Source: a virus
Taxonomy: Duplodnaviria > Caudoviricetes
IMG/VR virus record: IMGVR_UViG_3300024493_000235
Coordinates: 32,001-96,000 of that record
Direction: 5' to 3' (one strand)
DNA: 64,000 bases
Positions 31,137 through 40,441 of the stretch are shown one piece after another. The translations under genes and the position numbers were made by a program. Numbering within the stretch: the stretch's first letter is position 1; every line of letters begins with the position of its first letter. The notes under the pieces were generated by a model, which searched no databases, was not told the DNA's origin, and saw nothing but the letters and a program-made list of their open reading frames with translations.

Positions 31137-31604
31137 ATGAAGCTATGGGTATTTTGGGGCGATATCCCAAAATCGTTTGAACGGGAAGATGGGCACAGTA
31201 TTTGGGAGTACCCTGAACTTAAAGAGTATGAGCCTGAGAAAGGCAAACGGCCAGACCATCCTGATAACATCATTGAGCGCGTGAAAGACATGGGCAAAAA
31301 GATAATAAGGCTCAATGTCGAAAACGGATTTCAAAACGCTTATCTTACAACGTATTCAGAACTTGTCTTAGCACAAATACGGTTTCTATCTCTTAATGCG
31401 TATGTGCAGCCAAAAGAAGCAGGAGACCAAGAGTTTCCATACTATGATCAAATTGTTTTTATCATTCCGGATAAAGACGGTATTGATTATAATGTGTGCG
31501 CCATGACAGAGTTCTGCACGCTTGAAGGCTGGCCGGATAAATCTGCCACAAAGGTTGTTGGTATCGAACAGGATATCGCAACCTTGCAAAAAGAACTAGC
31601 ATAA
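31137..31604 (+). CDS. Truncated ABC-ATPase C-terminal (DUF3696-like) family protein
   Basis: MKLWVFWG, EYPE...PDHP, TTYSELV, LEGWP. Confidence 0.65.
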   Translation: MKLWVFWGDIPKSFEREDGHSIWEYPELKEYEPEKGKRPDHPDNIIERVKDMGKKIIRLNVENGFQNAYLTTYSELVLAQIRFLSLNAYVQPKEAGDQEFPYYDQIVFIIPDKDGIDYNVCAMTEFCTLEGWPDKSATKVVGIEQDIATLQKELA

Positions 31605-31707
31605 CGTATATTAAGGGGCTCAAAAAGCCTCTTAATTTTATTTATTTTTTTAACAGTCAAAATTAAATATACTTATATATAATAGCTATAGCTAGGAGGC
31701 GTAGAAG

Positions 31708-32040
31708 ATGGTTATAACTGACATTATTTTTGAGCAGAGGGATGAATATTTTAATACCGACCCCGAAGGACTTGAAGAGCGTAAAAATAACGCTGCCGAA
31801 ACATTTATCGATGAGTACCTTGGTGTACTAAACGATATTGTCTATGGAATGTACAATGAAATAATCACGCAGGTTAAAAATTATATGCACAGAATGTCGA
31901 TATACGGATATAAACCGAGTCGATTTCGTAACATGTATTTTTCAAACAAAAGCAAGGATCCGAAGTTAGCAAACGATGACACCGTAAATAACACCGTCAT
32001 TAAAACCCTGCGAAGAATTCACAGGGTTATTTTTTGTTTG
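31708..32040 (+). pseudogene. 3'-truncated gene with no stop before its terminator
   Basis: Promoter 31674 and AGGAGG RBS; frame runs through hairpin 32004-32027 and T tract into the next promoter. Confidence 0.45.
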
Positions 32041-32073
32041 AGTATATATAATATCAACATGAAGGAGAATGTA

Positions 32074-32502
32074 ATGATATACACATCGTATTTCGCTATT
32101 TCAAAAAGTTGTCCGTTTCCGATATCTATTACGGCAACACAACCGACGGGATTTTCGTATCCAAGCCTATCAATGCTTGCTGTACCGAAAGATCTTTCTG
32201 ATGAATATAAAACTCGTCTTATAAAAGATGAGAAATATATTGAAAGATACAATGAAATGCTTAAAACACTCAATGTATCTGATGTACTTGAAGCTATTGA
32301 AGGATTAAAAAGACAACGTTACTATTATGGTAGCGATTGTACATTGATTTGCTGGGAGAAACCTGGGATATTTTGTCATCGTAATCTCGTCGCAGAATGG
32401 CTTAAACGTGAAGGACATCTTGTGGCAGAATTTGATGTAAATTCCTATGTTCCTAAGAAACAAGAAGGTCCGACATCTGTATACAAGCCGGGTAAAAAAT
32501 GA
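32074..32502 (+). CDS. DUF488-like protein
   Basis: Own promoter (32043) and AAGGAG RBS; MIYTSYFA...LICWEKPGIFCHRNLVAEWL. Confidence 0.75.
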   Translation: MIYTSYFAISKSCPFPISITATQPTGFSYPSLSMLAVPKDLSDEYKTRLIKDEKYIERYNEMLKTLNVSDVLEAIEGLKRQRYYYGSDCTLICWEKPGIFCHRNLVAEWLKREGHLVAEFDVNSYVPKKQEGPTSVYKPGKK

Positions 32503-32513
32503 AGGAGAATTAT

Positions 32514-33029
32514 ATGGACGAAGAAAATGCCGAGGTTATCACTACAGATAAACCACCTGAAAAAGAGGAAGAAGACGTTACATGTCATGCCATAGACAAA
32601 CCGCCTGAGAAAGAACCTGAAGTCGAAAAGACTGAAATGGACTTCGAAGATATTGCAAAGAATGTGCTAGGTCCCATTATGCAAAAAGTGGACGAAATGG
32701 CCTTCGATTGCATTTCTTCTTATAAAGGAGATAGCGATACACCAACACACCATCCTTTCTATGTGAAAGACGGAGTCCTTAAGAAGTTAAACGAAGTAAT
32801 AACTTACTTAGAAGACAGAGAAAGTTATTACAGAAACGCCAGCCTTATAGCATTTGCCTTGAAAAAGGATGGTGATAAACCTGCAAGGAAATACAAAGGG
32901 ATGCTCTCAGTAGCTAAAGCTATATGGGGTCTTATCGTAGCAAGGCAAGAACAAATACAAGCCGAAATTGACAGTGCACAAAAAGATCAAAATTATGATG
33001 AAATTGCACGCAAACTCGGCTTTGATTAA
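32514..33029 (+). CDS. Hypothetical protein with N-terminal DKPPEKE repeat
   Basis: AAGGAG RBS before ATG 32514. Confidence 0.7.
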   Translation: MDEENAEVITTDKPPEKEEEDVTCHAIDKPPEKEPEVEKTEMDFEDIAKNVLGPIMQKVDEMAFDCISSYKGDSDTPTHHPFYVKDGVLKKLNEVITYLEDRESYYRNASLIAFALKKDGDKPARKYKGMLSVAKAIWGLIVARQEQIQAEIDSAQKDQNYDEIARKLGFD

Positions 33030-33040
33030 AAGGAATTTTT

Positions 33041-33670
33041 ATGACACAGACAGATATGTATAATTATCTTCTTTCGCCTCCACATCCATGGAAGAAAGAA
33101 GAACTTGTTGTCCTGCAAAAGATGCATTTGGATGCAAGGCTTTCTATATCGTATAACCTTGTACGTTTAGGATTTGAACCGGCTGCTGAGAAAGGATTTG
33201 TAGAACACATACTTTCTAATGGAACGTGCAATGATATACATCTAAATTTTGACATCGGATATATTCAAGTCTTTAACGAAAGTTTAGACGAAAGGGTGTT
33301 TCAAGGAAGGGCACATTTGCATAATATTGCAACAAACGGCCGTGGATTCGGCTATAGCTACAGTGCTGACAAATGGGATCTTCGTGACGAACAAGAACTT
33401 GACAGACAGTATATCAATAATGCTTTAAATAAAATCGTGAACTCGTTTGATATCATCATCAAAGGTAAAACCGAATTTGACTTACAGTTAAAATTCGTTG
33501 ATTATAATTACCCTAAACCTCGTGGAATAGAAATAATCAACGAGAATGCGCTTAAAGAATACAGAGAAAAAAGTGCATCACGACTGTTTATTCATAAGAA
33601 CAAGCGCCTTGATATCGATTACTGCCGGTATACGGTTAAGGTTCACGACCGTACGATTCCTGTATCCTAG
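33041..33670 (+). CDS. Hypothetical protein
   Basis: 209-aa ORF, AAGGA RBS. Confidence 0.7.
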   Translation: MTQTDMYNYLLSPPHPWKKEELVVLQKMHLDARLSISYNLVRLGFEPAAEKGFVEHILSNGTCNDIHLNFDIGYIQVFNESLDERVFQGRAHLHNIATNGRGFGYSYSADKWDLRDEQELDRQYINNALNKIVNSFDIIIKGKTEFDLQLKFVDYNYPKPRGIEIINENALKEYREKSASRLFIHKNKRLDIDYCRYTVKVHDRTIPVS

Positions 33671-33678
33671 GACAGCAT

Positions 33679-34023
33679 ATGACAGAAAAAGATACACTTA
33701 AAATGATCCAAGATCAAACTGCTGTCGATGATTGGAGACAAATGCAAACTGACCTTGTCAATTTGTTAAATAGAACAAGGGATGCCGAGGGGCTGATACA
33801 TGTTTATCTTACAAATCTTGTACAATTTCTTACACAAGCGACTGCACAGACAATAAAAATAAACACAGCCCATGAATCAAGGGTGATATCGGAAGAAGAA
33901 TTCTTAAGACAAATAGAAGATCTTACTCCCGAAATTCACCATAAACTTTCAAAGAAAGAAATCGTCATTCAATTATTGTTTGATGCTCTTTCTATGGACG
34001 GAGGAGTTCCACATGCCCAATAA
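33679..34023 (+). CDS. Hypothetical protein
   Basis: 114-aa ORF, AGGA RBS. Confidence 0.65.
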   Translation: MTEKDTLKMIQDQTAVDDWRQMQTDLVNLLNRTRDAEGLIHVYLTNLVQFLTQATAQTIKINTAHESRVISEEEFLRQIEDLTPEIHHKLSKKEIVIQLLFDALSMDGGVPHAQ

Positions 34024-34567
34024 CGATGATAAAACAAAAGAATTGCGTGAATTGACAATTCACGCAAAATTTACAGCAACAGTCAACATTTGCAGAATTG
34101 ACGATCTCAAAGCTACAAACGTGCTTATAAAAGTTTTGGAAGACCAAAACGCAGTTTTTCATTTTCTAAAGATTAATCCTGTAATTCATGCAGGCGATTC
34201 GCACAAGATAAGACATTTACGTGATCATGATGTGATTCATTGCAAAACTCCAGATTTTACACAATCAGATTTACATCTACTTATACTGCATTGTGCTGGC
34301 CTTCCGCATCATATCGAGGGGTATAATTGCAATCCTGAAAAGGCTATTGTGACTAAAATTCAACACCTTATTCATGAACGTACAAAGGAGTTGCTGCGAA
34401 AGTGCATATTTTATCCTCCTGTAGATCAACCGGGAAAAATTGAACTTCCTTACGATGATCAAGTCGGTCAAATCGCTACAGTGGCACGTGCAGACATTAC
34501 TCCAATTGATACGCTAACAGTTTACATCGACAGCATAAAGCCTGTTAGAACGTTTTTCAAAATATAA
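34013..34567 (+). CDS. Hypothetical protein
   Basis: GGAGGAG RBS before ATG 34013; terminator about 34572-34595. Confidence 0.65.
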   Translation: MPNNDDKTKELRELTIHAKFTATVNICRIDDLKATNVLIKVLEDQNAVFHFLKINPVIHAGDSHKIRHLRDHDVIHCKTPDFTQSDLHLLILHCAGLPHHIEGYNCNPEKAIVTKIQHLIHERTKELLRKCIFYPPVDQPGKIELPYDDQVGQIATVARADITPIDTLTVYIDSIKPVRTFFKI

Positions 34568-34855
34568 CAACAAGGGAGCTATTCTTAGCTCCCTTTATTT
34601 TTCTTTAAGGAATGTGGTTACATAAATAGATAAAGAAGTAATCGTTTTAAAAGACTTGAGATTGTGCACACAAATGTCTCTTGTTTTATCGACAGTGTCA
34701 TTCGGACAATACCAAGAAAAATTTTATTATCCTGAAACATGTCGAGAGCATAACGTATCCTAATGATACGCACAAACTGTTTTAAAACAGCGATTTAACT
34801 CCTTCTGGCTTTTGCCAGAAGGTTATTTTCTTTTTGGAGTATATATAATAAAAAC

Positions 34856-36160
34856 ATGGAAACACAAACAACGGAAATCATATCCAATTTTAATTTCAAT
34901 GCGATGTTTATAGCTGTCATTTCGATGTTTGCTATAACACTATTGTCAACGGTTTACAAGAAAGGTGTCGCCGGTTTATTTAAACTTATCTTTAAACACC
35001 TTACAACCCGTGTCGAAGTATCTTCAAGTCATTGGGCATACTTTCAATTAATCAGGCTTTTAAATATCAATGATGAAAAAGAAAAAAGAATTCGTACCTT
35101 TAGACTTAATAATGGCAGATGGGGAGATGAAAAGTTCATATCCTTAGGGATAGGAAAAGGCACACACTTACTTAAAATTTACTGTAAATTGTGTATAATA
35201 AACCTAGAAGAAAAAGACACACAATGGAATGAAGAAAAATTCATTCTAAATATTGTACTTTTTGGCCGTAATTTAGAATTTATTAAGCTCTTATTGACAA
35301 GGCTCTACGAGATTAAAAACAAACCGGATATCAACAACAACGAGATTGTGATTTATACAATCGAAGATAACACTTGGAAAGAGACAATCGTACTTGAAAA
35401 ACGTGCAGAAGATACAATCTTTATAGATTATCTTGCAAAACAAAAAGTGTTTAACTTTGTCGATAACTTCTATAATCGTAAAGATTGGTACGTTGAAAAA
35501 GGTATCCCATATCAAGCTGGTATATTATTATACGGGCCTCCAGGAACAGGAAAGACTTCGTTTGTTAAAGTGATAGCATCTAAGTTTAACAAAAATATTT
35601 ATTATCTTAAAGCAAGCGAACTTTCAAAACTTCAAACAGCTTTAGTAACACTCCCAAAAGATTGTATCCTTCTAATCGAAGATATCGATTCGAACGATCT
35701 AGTGCTTGATCGAAGTAAACGAGAGCAAAATAACGAAAAGCTCAATATCGAAACGAATGCTGACGGTAAAGCAAAAATCGCCGTCGAGAAAATAAACCTC
35801 TCGGATATTCTTAACTTCATGGATGGAGTTCTTTCTATTCCAGGAAGATTTTTAATTGCTACAACAAACAAAAAGGAGAAAATTGATCCTGCATTGCTTA
35901 GACCGGGAAGGATTGATATGGCTATTGAAATCGGTTATATCCATTACGGGAATTTCCTTGAGTTTATAGTAAAATATTACAACGATTATCTTACAAGCAT
36001 TCCTGATTATGGCCAATTCTTTGCACAAAAATCGGCGTTAAAGAAACTGAAAAGTGATACTCTTACTATTTCAGAATTGCAAAATGACTTCTTAGTTAAC
36101 GAACTATCGTTCGATGCAATGTTTGAGAAATATACTGAGTATTCAAAGGAGCTACCATGA
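34856..36160 (+). CDS. BCS1-like membrane-anchored AAA+ ATPase
   Basis: N-terminal TM helix; WY.EKGIPY..GILLYGPPGTGKTS, LLIEDID, LSDILNFMDG, TTN, DPALLRPGRID. Confidence 0.85.
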   Translation: METQTTEIISNFNFNAMFIAVISMFAITLLSTVYKKGVAGLFKLIFKHLTTRVEVSSSHWAYFQLIRLLNINDEKEKRIRTFRLNNGRWGDEKFISLGIGKGTHLLKIYCKLCIINLEEKDTQWNEEKFILNIVLFGRNLEFIKLLLTRLYEIKNKPDINNNEIVIYTIEDNTWKETIVLEKRAEDTIFIDYLAKQKVFNFVDNFYNRKDWYVEKGIPYQAGILLYGPPGTGKTSFVKVIASKFNKNIYYLKASELSKLQTALVTLPKDCILLIEDIDSNDLVLDRSKREQNNEKLNIETNADGKAKIAVEKINLSDILNFMDGVLSIPGRFLIATTNKKEKIDPALLRPGRIDMAIEIGYIHYGNFLEFIVKYYNDYLTSIPDYGQFFAQKSALKKLKSDTLTISELQNDFLVNELSFDAMFEKYTEYSKELP

Positions 36161-36588
36161 AACTATATGTATTTTGGGGTGAAACACCAAGTTCTTTTCC
36201 ACCCTTAGTGTATCGAAATTCCATTGATTATCCTGAGATGTTTCACGACTATGATCCAAAGTATAGTCGTCCAAGACATCCTAAGACAATTGAAAAATAT
36301 ATCCGAGAATATGTCGAACGCGAATATGCTAAACCGGCTGATAATGATATATTTTTCATACGTACTTACTCAGAACTCGTTATAGATATTATTCGAGTTC
36401 TTGCGAAGAAAGCTTTACATGGAAATGACGGTATTCAATTTCCACATTACGACGAAATCACTTTCGTTGTCCCTAACGAAGAACGTGATGGCTATGAAGA
36501 AATCGGTTTGGATGAACATTCGATGATTGATTACTGGCCTCCTGGATTTTGCGATACCCACGAAAAAATTCGCATGCAACTTATCTAG
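36157..36588 (+). CDS. Truncated ABC-ATPase C-terminal (DUF3696-like) family protein
   Basis: MKLYVFWG, DYPE...PRHP, RTYSELVIDIIR, IDYWPPGFCD. Confidence 0.7.
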   Translation: MKLYVFWGETPSSFPPLVYRNSIDYPEMFHDYDPKYSRPRHPKTIEKYIREYVEREYAKPADNDIFFIRTYSELVIDIIRVLAKKALHGNDGIQFPHYDEITFVVPNEERDGYEEIGLDEHSMIDYWPPGFCDTHEKIRMQLI

Positions 36589-36627
36589 CGATAAAAACAA
36601 TCTAAATCTTAGATGTGTATCATCTAA

Positions 36628-36933
36628 GTGATTCAAAGGAGGTATTATGAACCTATATGTATTCTGGAGCAATATCCCAGAATAATTTCCGAAATCATTA
36701 TTGATATCATAAGGTTGCTTGCCAGGTATTCTCTTTTGGATACAACCGATATCGAATTTCCCTTATATACGGAAATTACTTTTATCATTCCTGATAACGA
36801 TAATAACGATTATCTTGCATACCTTATGGATAAAAATTCGGCGATTGATAGTTGGCCTGCAGGATTTTGCGATGTATCAGGAAAAAATTCAAGCCAAACT
36901 ATTGGAATGTACATCATAACAAAAACAATTTAA
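36628..36933 (+). pseudogene. N-terminally eroded member of the DUF3696-like family
   Basis: Retains SEIIIDIIR, FP.Y.EITFIIPD and IDSWPAGFCD but lacks the VFWG/YPE N-terminus. Confidence 0.55.
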
Positions 36934-36945
36934 AGGAGGCTATTT

Positions 36946-37410
36946 ATGCACATGTATGTGTTTTGGGGCGATATTCCATCGTCATTCATTCGCAAAGGCG
37001 ATGCTTTTAAGTACGGTTATCCTGAAATAAAGCGTAATGGAGGAAGTTATGGAGGCTTTCCGATTCATCCTAATGATATACAGAAGAGTATACAAGATCA
37101 TATAAGAAACTTATATGAGAATGGTATCAGGACTGTATATGTCACAACGTATTCGGAACTCGTCATCGATACCATAAGACTTCTTTCCTTAAAAGCATTA
37201 TTGAAATATGATGACGTGAGATTTCCATTACACGACCAAATAACCTTTATCATTCCAGACGAAAATGGTGTAGGGTTTTACGAAAAATATATAGACAGGC
37301 GTTCAATAATGGACAGTTGGCCTATAGGATTCTGCGATCAGCATTCCAAAGTAATGGATTTACTTTTGCAATATTCCGGTGACATAAAGGATGAAAATTC
37401 GAATGCCTGA
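36946..37410 (+). CDS. Truncated ABC-ATPase C-terminal (DUF3696-like) family protein
   Basis: MYVFWG, GYPE...PIHP, TTYSELVIDTIR, MDSWPIGFCD. Confidence 0.7.
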   Translation: MHMYVFWGDIPSSFIRKGDAFKYGYPEIKRNGGSYGGFPIHPNDIQKSIQDHIRNLYENGIRTVYVTTYSELVIDTIRLLSLKALLKYDDVRFPLHDQITFIIPDENGVGFYEKYIDRRSIMDSWPIGFCDQHSKVMDLLLQYSGDIKDENSNA

Positions 37411-37552
37411 CGAACACGAAATGTGCCTACCTCATGAGATACTTTCACGAATAGAAGAATCCGGGCATTTCAACAATGAAGCTGGAGACGGATCCTATAC
37501 AATGAAAGATATTTTACAATTAGACAGAGTGCCCGGCGACTTTCCTTGTTAG
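37403..37552 (+). CDS. Small acidic hypothetical protein (49 aa)
   Basis: MPDEHEMCLPHE...DFPC*, overlapping the upstream stop. Confidence 0.4.
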   Translation: MPDEHEMCLPHEILSRIEESGHFNNEAGDGSYTMKDILQLDRVPGDFPC

Positions 37553-37672
37553 GAGTGTGATGGAAATTCAAACACTAAAATATGCCAAAATCTAATTGCT
37601 GCGGGACAGGGTCCATGTATGAATGATAACGGACTGGTACAGATGGCAGACTGGTATTATACACAGTAATTT

Positions 37673-37696
37673 ATCGGGGCCAATTTCGGCCCCGAT
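37673..37696 (+). terminator. Intrinsic terminator, GGCC-core family
   Basis: ATCGGGGCC-AATTTC-GGCCCCGAT then T tract. Confidence 0.8.
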
Positions 37697-37746
37697 TTTT
37701 TATTTTTATTCGTATCTACATGGTAATTAATTATATATTATAATTA

Positions 37747-37817
37747 TGAAAGATAAGAAATTGATTATAGTAGCTTACAGATCGTTGATCTGCGCGTATA
37801 ACAATAATCTTATCTTT
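37747..37817 (+). ncRNA. Structured 5' leader hairpin, copy 2 of 5
   Basis: AAAGATAAGA/TCTTATCTTT stem; apical CAGATC-GTT-GATCTG. Confidence 0.65.
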
Positions 37818-37834
37818 GAAAGAGGAGTTCCGAT

Positions 37835-38599
37835 ATGAAAAAGATTTGGGTAATCGCCTGTCTTATTCTAATCGCATTTGCAATCGTAAGTTGCAAAGCG
37901 AAGAACAAAGTCGTCGATGTGAAAAGCCAGGTAGAGGAAAGATTGCGTGCATATGTTGCACACGACCTTGAAACAGGGTCCGGAAAGGTTACAAAAGTTA
38001 CATTGAGTGATGCCCCCGAAGGCTCCGACCTTACATGGACTGCGTTTGCAACGTATACGCCAGATGCGGGTGATAATTATGATATTGAGTTATTGGTACA
38101 ACATCTTACCGCTACGAACTCTATCACATGGTGGTATGCAGCTAATTATCCGTATGGCGATAAAACAGTACCTCTTACAGGTGATATCGTTTTTGAAGAA
38201 CCGCTGAAATACCGAATGGAATACGATGTCCCATATGAAGAAGAGATGCCGGTACAATCTGTTTCAAATTCAAAAAATAAACAATCAGCAAACAATGAAT
38301 CGGCAGTTATTCTTGGCAAAGTGGAACAGAAAGGAAGTAAGTTTACTCTTTTTGATACAAACAAAAGAGAAATAACGCACATTGACATGCCAAATAGAGA
38401 GCTAATGGGCTGGGGCAATGATTTCTTCCTTACAAAATCAAAGGACAATACATTCAGATCGTATAATCTCAGAGGCACAGAAATCGGCTCAATAACCGTC
38501 AGTAATGTGGAGTCTGTAACCTTTGATAACGAAGGGTTTATTTTGAAACAAAAAGGATCGTCGCCGAGAAAATACAAAAAGAACGGACAATCAAGATAA
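37835..38599 (+). CDS. Lipoprotein
   Basis: MKK, hydrophobic stretch, then AIVSC lipobox; GAGGAG RBS. Confidence 0.75.
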   Translation: MKKIWVIACLILIAFAIVSCKAKNKVVDVKSQVEERLRAYVAHDLETGSGKVTKVTLSDAPEGSDLTWTAFATYTPDAGDNYDIELLVQHLTATNSITWWYAANYPYGDKTVPLTGDIVFEEPLKYRMEYDVPYEEEMPVQSVSNSKNKQSANNESAVILGKVEQKGSKFTLFDTNKREITHIDMPNRELMGWGNDFFLTKSKDNTFRSYNLRGTEIGSITVSNVESVTFDNEGFILKQKGSSPRKYKKNGQSR

Positions 38600-38602
38600 G
38601 TA

Positions 38603-38630
38603 ATATCGGGGCCAATTTTGGCCCCGATAT
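38603..38630 (+). terminator. Intrinsic terminator, GGCC-core family
   Basis: ATATCGGGGCC-AATTTT-GGCCCCGATAT. Confidence 0.8.
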
Positions 38631-38669
38631 TTCCGTTTTTATTTGTATTTTAAATATACATAATCTATA

Positions 38670-38745
38670 TGAGAAATAAGAAGATTAGATTATATGATTT
38701 GGGATTGTCAATCCTCGTCATTAACAAATACTTCTTAAAGTATCA
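38670..38745 (+). ncRNA. Structured 5' leader hairpin, copy 3 of 5
   Basis: TAAGAAG/CTTCTTA and ATGA/TCAT stems; apical GGATT-GTC-AATCC. Confidence 0.6.
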
Positions 38746-38756
38746 AAGAGAAAAAT

Positions 38757-38924
38757 ATGGACGACGATGAAGTGCTTACAGCAACGGTAGAATTGTATCT
38801 TTCTGCAGATAGAACTTACAAGCAACTACGTTTGGTACAGCTTATGCAGAAGGTATACGAAATCAACGACAAACTGGAAAGAGAAGCACAAAAGAAAAAG
38901 AAGCGCACGATTACAACACAATAG
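38757..38924 (+). CDS. Small hypothetical protein (55 aa)
   Basis: MDDDEVLTATVELYL...KKKKRTITTQ* directly after the leader hairpin. Confidence 0.55.
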   Translation: MDDDEVLTATVELYLSADRTYKQLRLVQLMQKVYEINDKLEREAQKKKKRTITTQ

Positions 38925-39126
38925 GAGAAATTAACCATGGAAAACGACGATCATTTTTTGATACTAAACAACCTTTTTGATTACTATTATAATAATTTAC
39001 AACGCGGGGATTTATTATCTGTGATACGTAACATCATCCTAGGGCCATTACGGCCCTAGGTGTTATTTTTTTGTATAAGTGAAATAAAATTTAAAATATA
39101 TATAATAAAAGATAAGGAGTCCTTTA

Positions 39127-40428
39127 ATGACAAAAGAAGATAAATATATAGTGAAAATGCTTGACTTACTTGAAAGAGATTCTCATTTAGATACACTTAC
39201 AAGGCCCATATTCTCCATCGTTCGAAATGATCCTAAACGTACAACATTTTCAAATAAGGGAATGCACTATACTTACTTAGCTACAATCCTTGATGAAAAC
39301 GGAAAAGTAATTATCGTAATAGACTATGACGGAGATCATTTCGGCAAAGATTACGCTATCGATATGAAAAAAGATATTCGTATCTCTTGCAGACCGAAAG
39401 GATCGAAGTTACTTGTACTCTTATCTAATATGCCGGAATTTCACGTTCAACAATGGATACTTAAATATTTACAGCAAGATGAAAAAACATTCTTCGAAGA
39501 TCGCTTTAAAACGTGGATATCAAGAGGATACTTTTGGTATAAAGATGTAAAAGATTTTAACACTCCCGATATTTTATTAAAAGATTGGAGCAACTTAAAA
39601 CATTTTACACCAAAAACAAGCGACACAAAGTCGTATTCAAATGTTATAAACGGAATTTCAAACATCGGAATGACCCTCATAAAATACTTTCATCCGTCGA
39701 TATATCGTTGTCGTATGAAAGACAGACAAAGCCCTGAAAATATATGGTACCACCAAGATAAAGATGGAAACTTTGATTTGTTGTTACAGATGTTTAATGA
39801 ACACAGAATGTATTTAGATTGGTTCATGTGTTACAGAGTGATCCAAATGTTTGAGACTACAGACGTTGCGCCAAGAATTCCGATATTAACTCCTTCACGA
39901 GCTAAACTATTGCTATATAAATATGCAGGAGAATTTAACGAAATCTTCAATCCATTTTCAGGATTCTCAAGCGTATTATTAGCCGCAACTTCTCTTGGAA
40001 AAAAATACCTTGGCTACGATATCAATCGTACAGTTGTGCACGAATCTCAATGCATGATAGAATGGTTTGAAAAACATAAAATTCCCATTGATGCACACGT
40101 TGACAGAAAAGACGCATTTATTGATAACGACAGCAATAACCCGTTTCAAAATACATCGAATACATACGGTTGTCTATTCTCGTGTCCTCCTAATGGAGAT
40201 ACAGAAATATATTATGACAACATGATACAAGAAGAATTCTCATCATCGTATTCCTGTGAACAATGGGTACAATGGTGTCTTGATACATACAAATGTAAAA
40301 GATACATCTTTGTTGTAGACTCTAGGTGTAATAAGTTTCAAGGATATGTACAAGAAATTCTTACAACTAAAAGAGTTTCAAGATATCCTTTTAGCACACA
40401 TGAGAAAGTGTTGGTGTTTGACAGGTAA
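39127..40428 (+). CDS. Endonuclease-like/DNA methyltransferase-like fusion, degenerate paralog
   Basis: IVIDYDGDHF; FNPFSGFSS (motif I), YLGYDIN, LFSCPPN (altered motif IV). Confidence 0.65.
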   Translation: MTKEDKYIVKMLDLLERDSHLDTLTRPIFSIVRNDPKRTTFSNKGMHYTYLATILDENGKVIIVIDYDGDHFGKDYAIDMKKDIRISCRPKGSKLLVLLSNMPEFHVQQWILKYLQQDEKTFFEDRFKTWISRGYFWYKDVKDFNTPDILLKDWSNLKHFTPKTSDTKSYSNVINGISNIGMTLIKYFHPSIYRCRMKDRQSPENIWYHQDKDGNFDLLLQMFNEHRMYLDWFMCYRVIQMFETTDVAPRIPILTPSRAKLLLYKYAGEFNEIFNPFSGFSSVLLAATSLGKKYLGYDINRTVVHESQCMIEWFEKHKIPIDAHVDRKDAFIDNDSNNPFQNTSNTYGCLFSCPPNGDTEIYYDNMIQEEFSSSYSCEQWVQWCLDTYKCKRYIFVVDSRCNKFQGYVQEILTTKRVSRYPFSTHEKVLVFDR

Positions 40429-40441
40429 TGGAGGAAAACAC

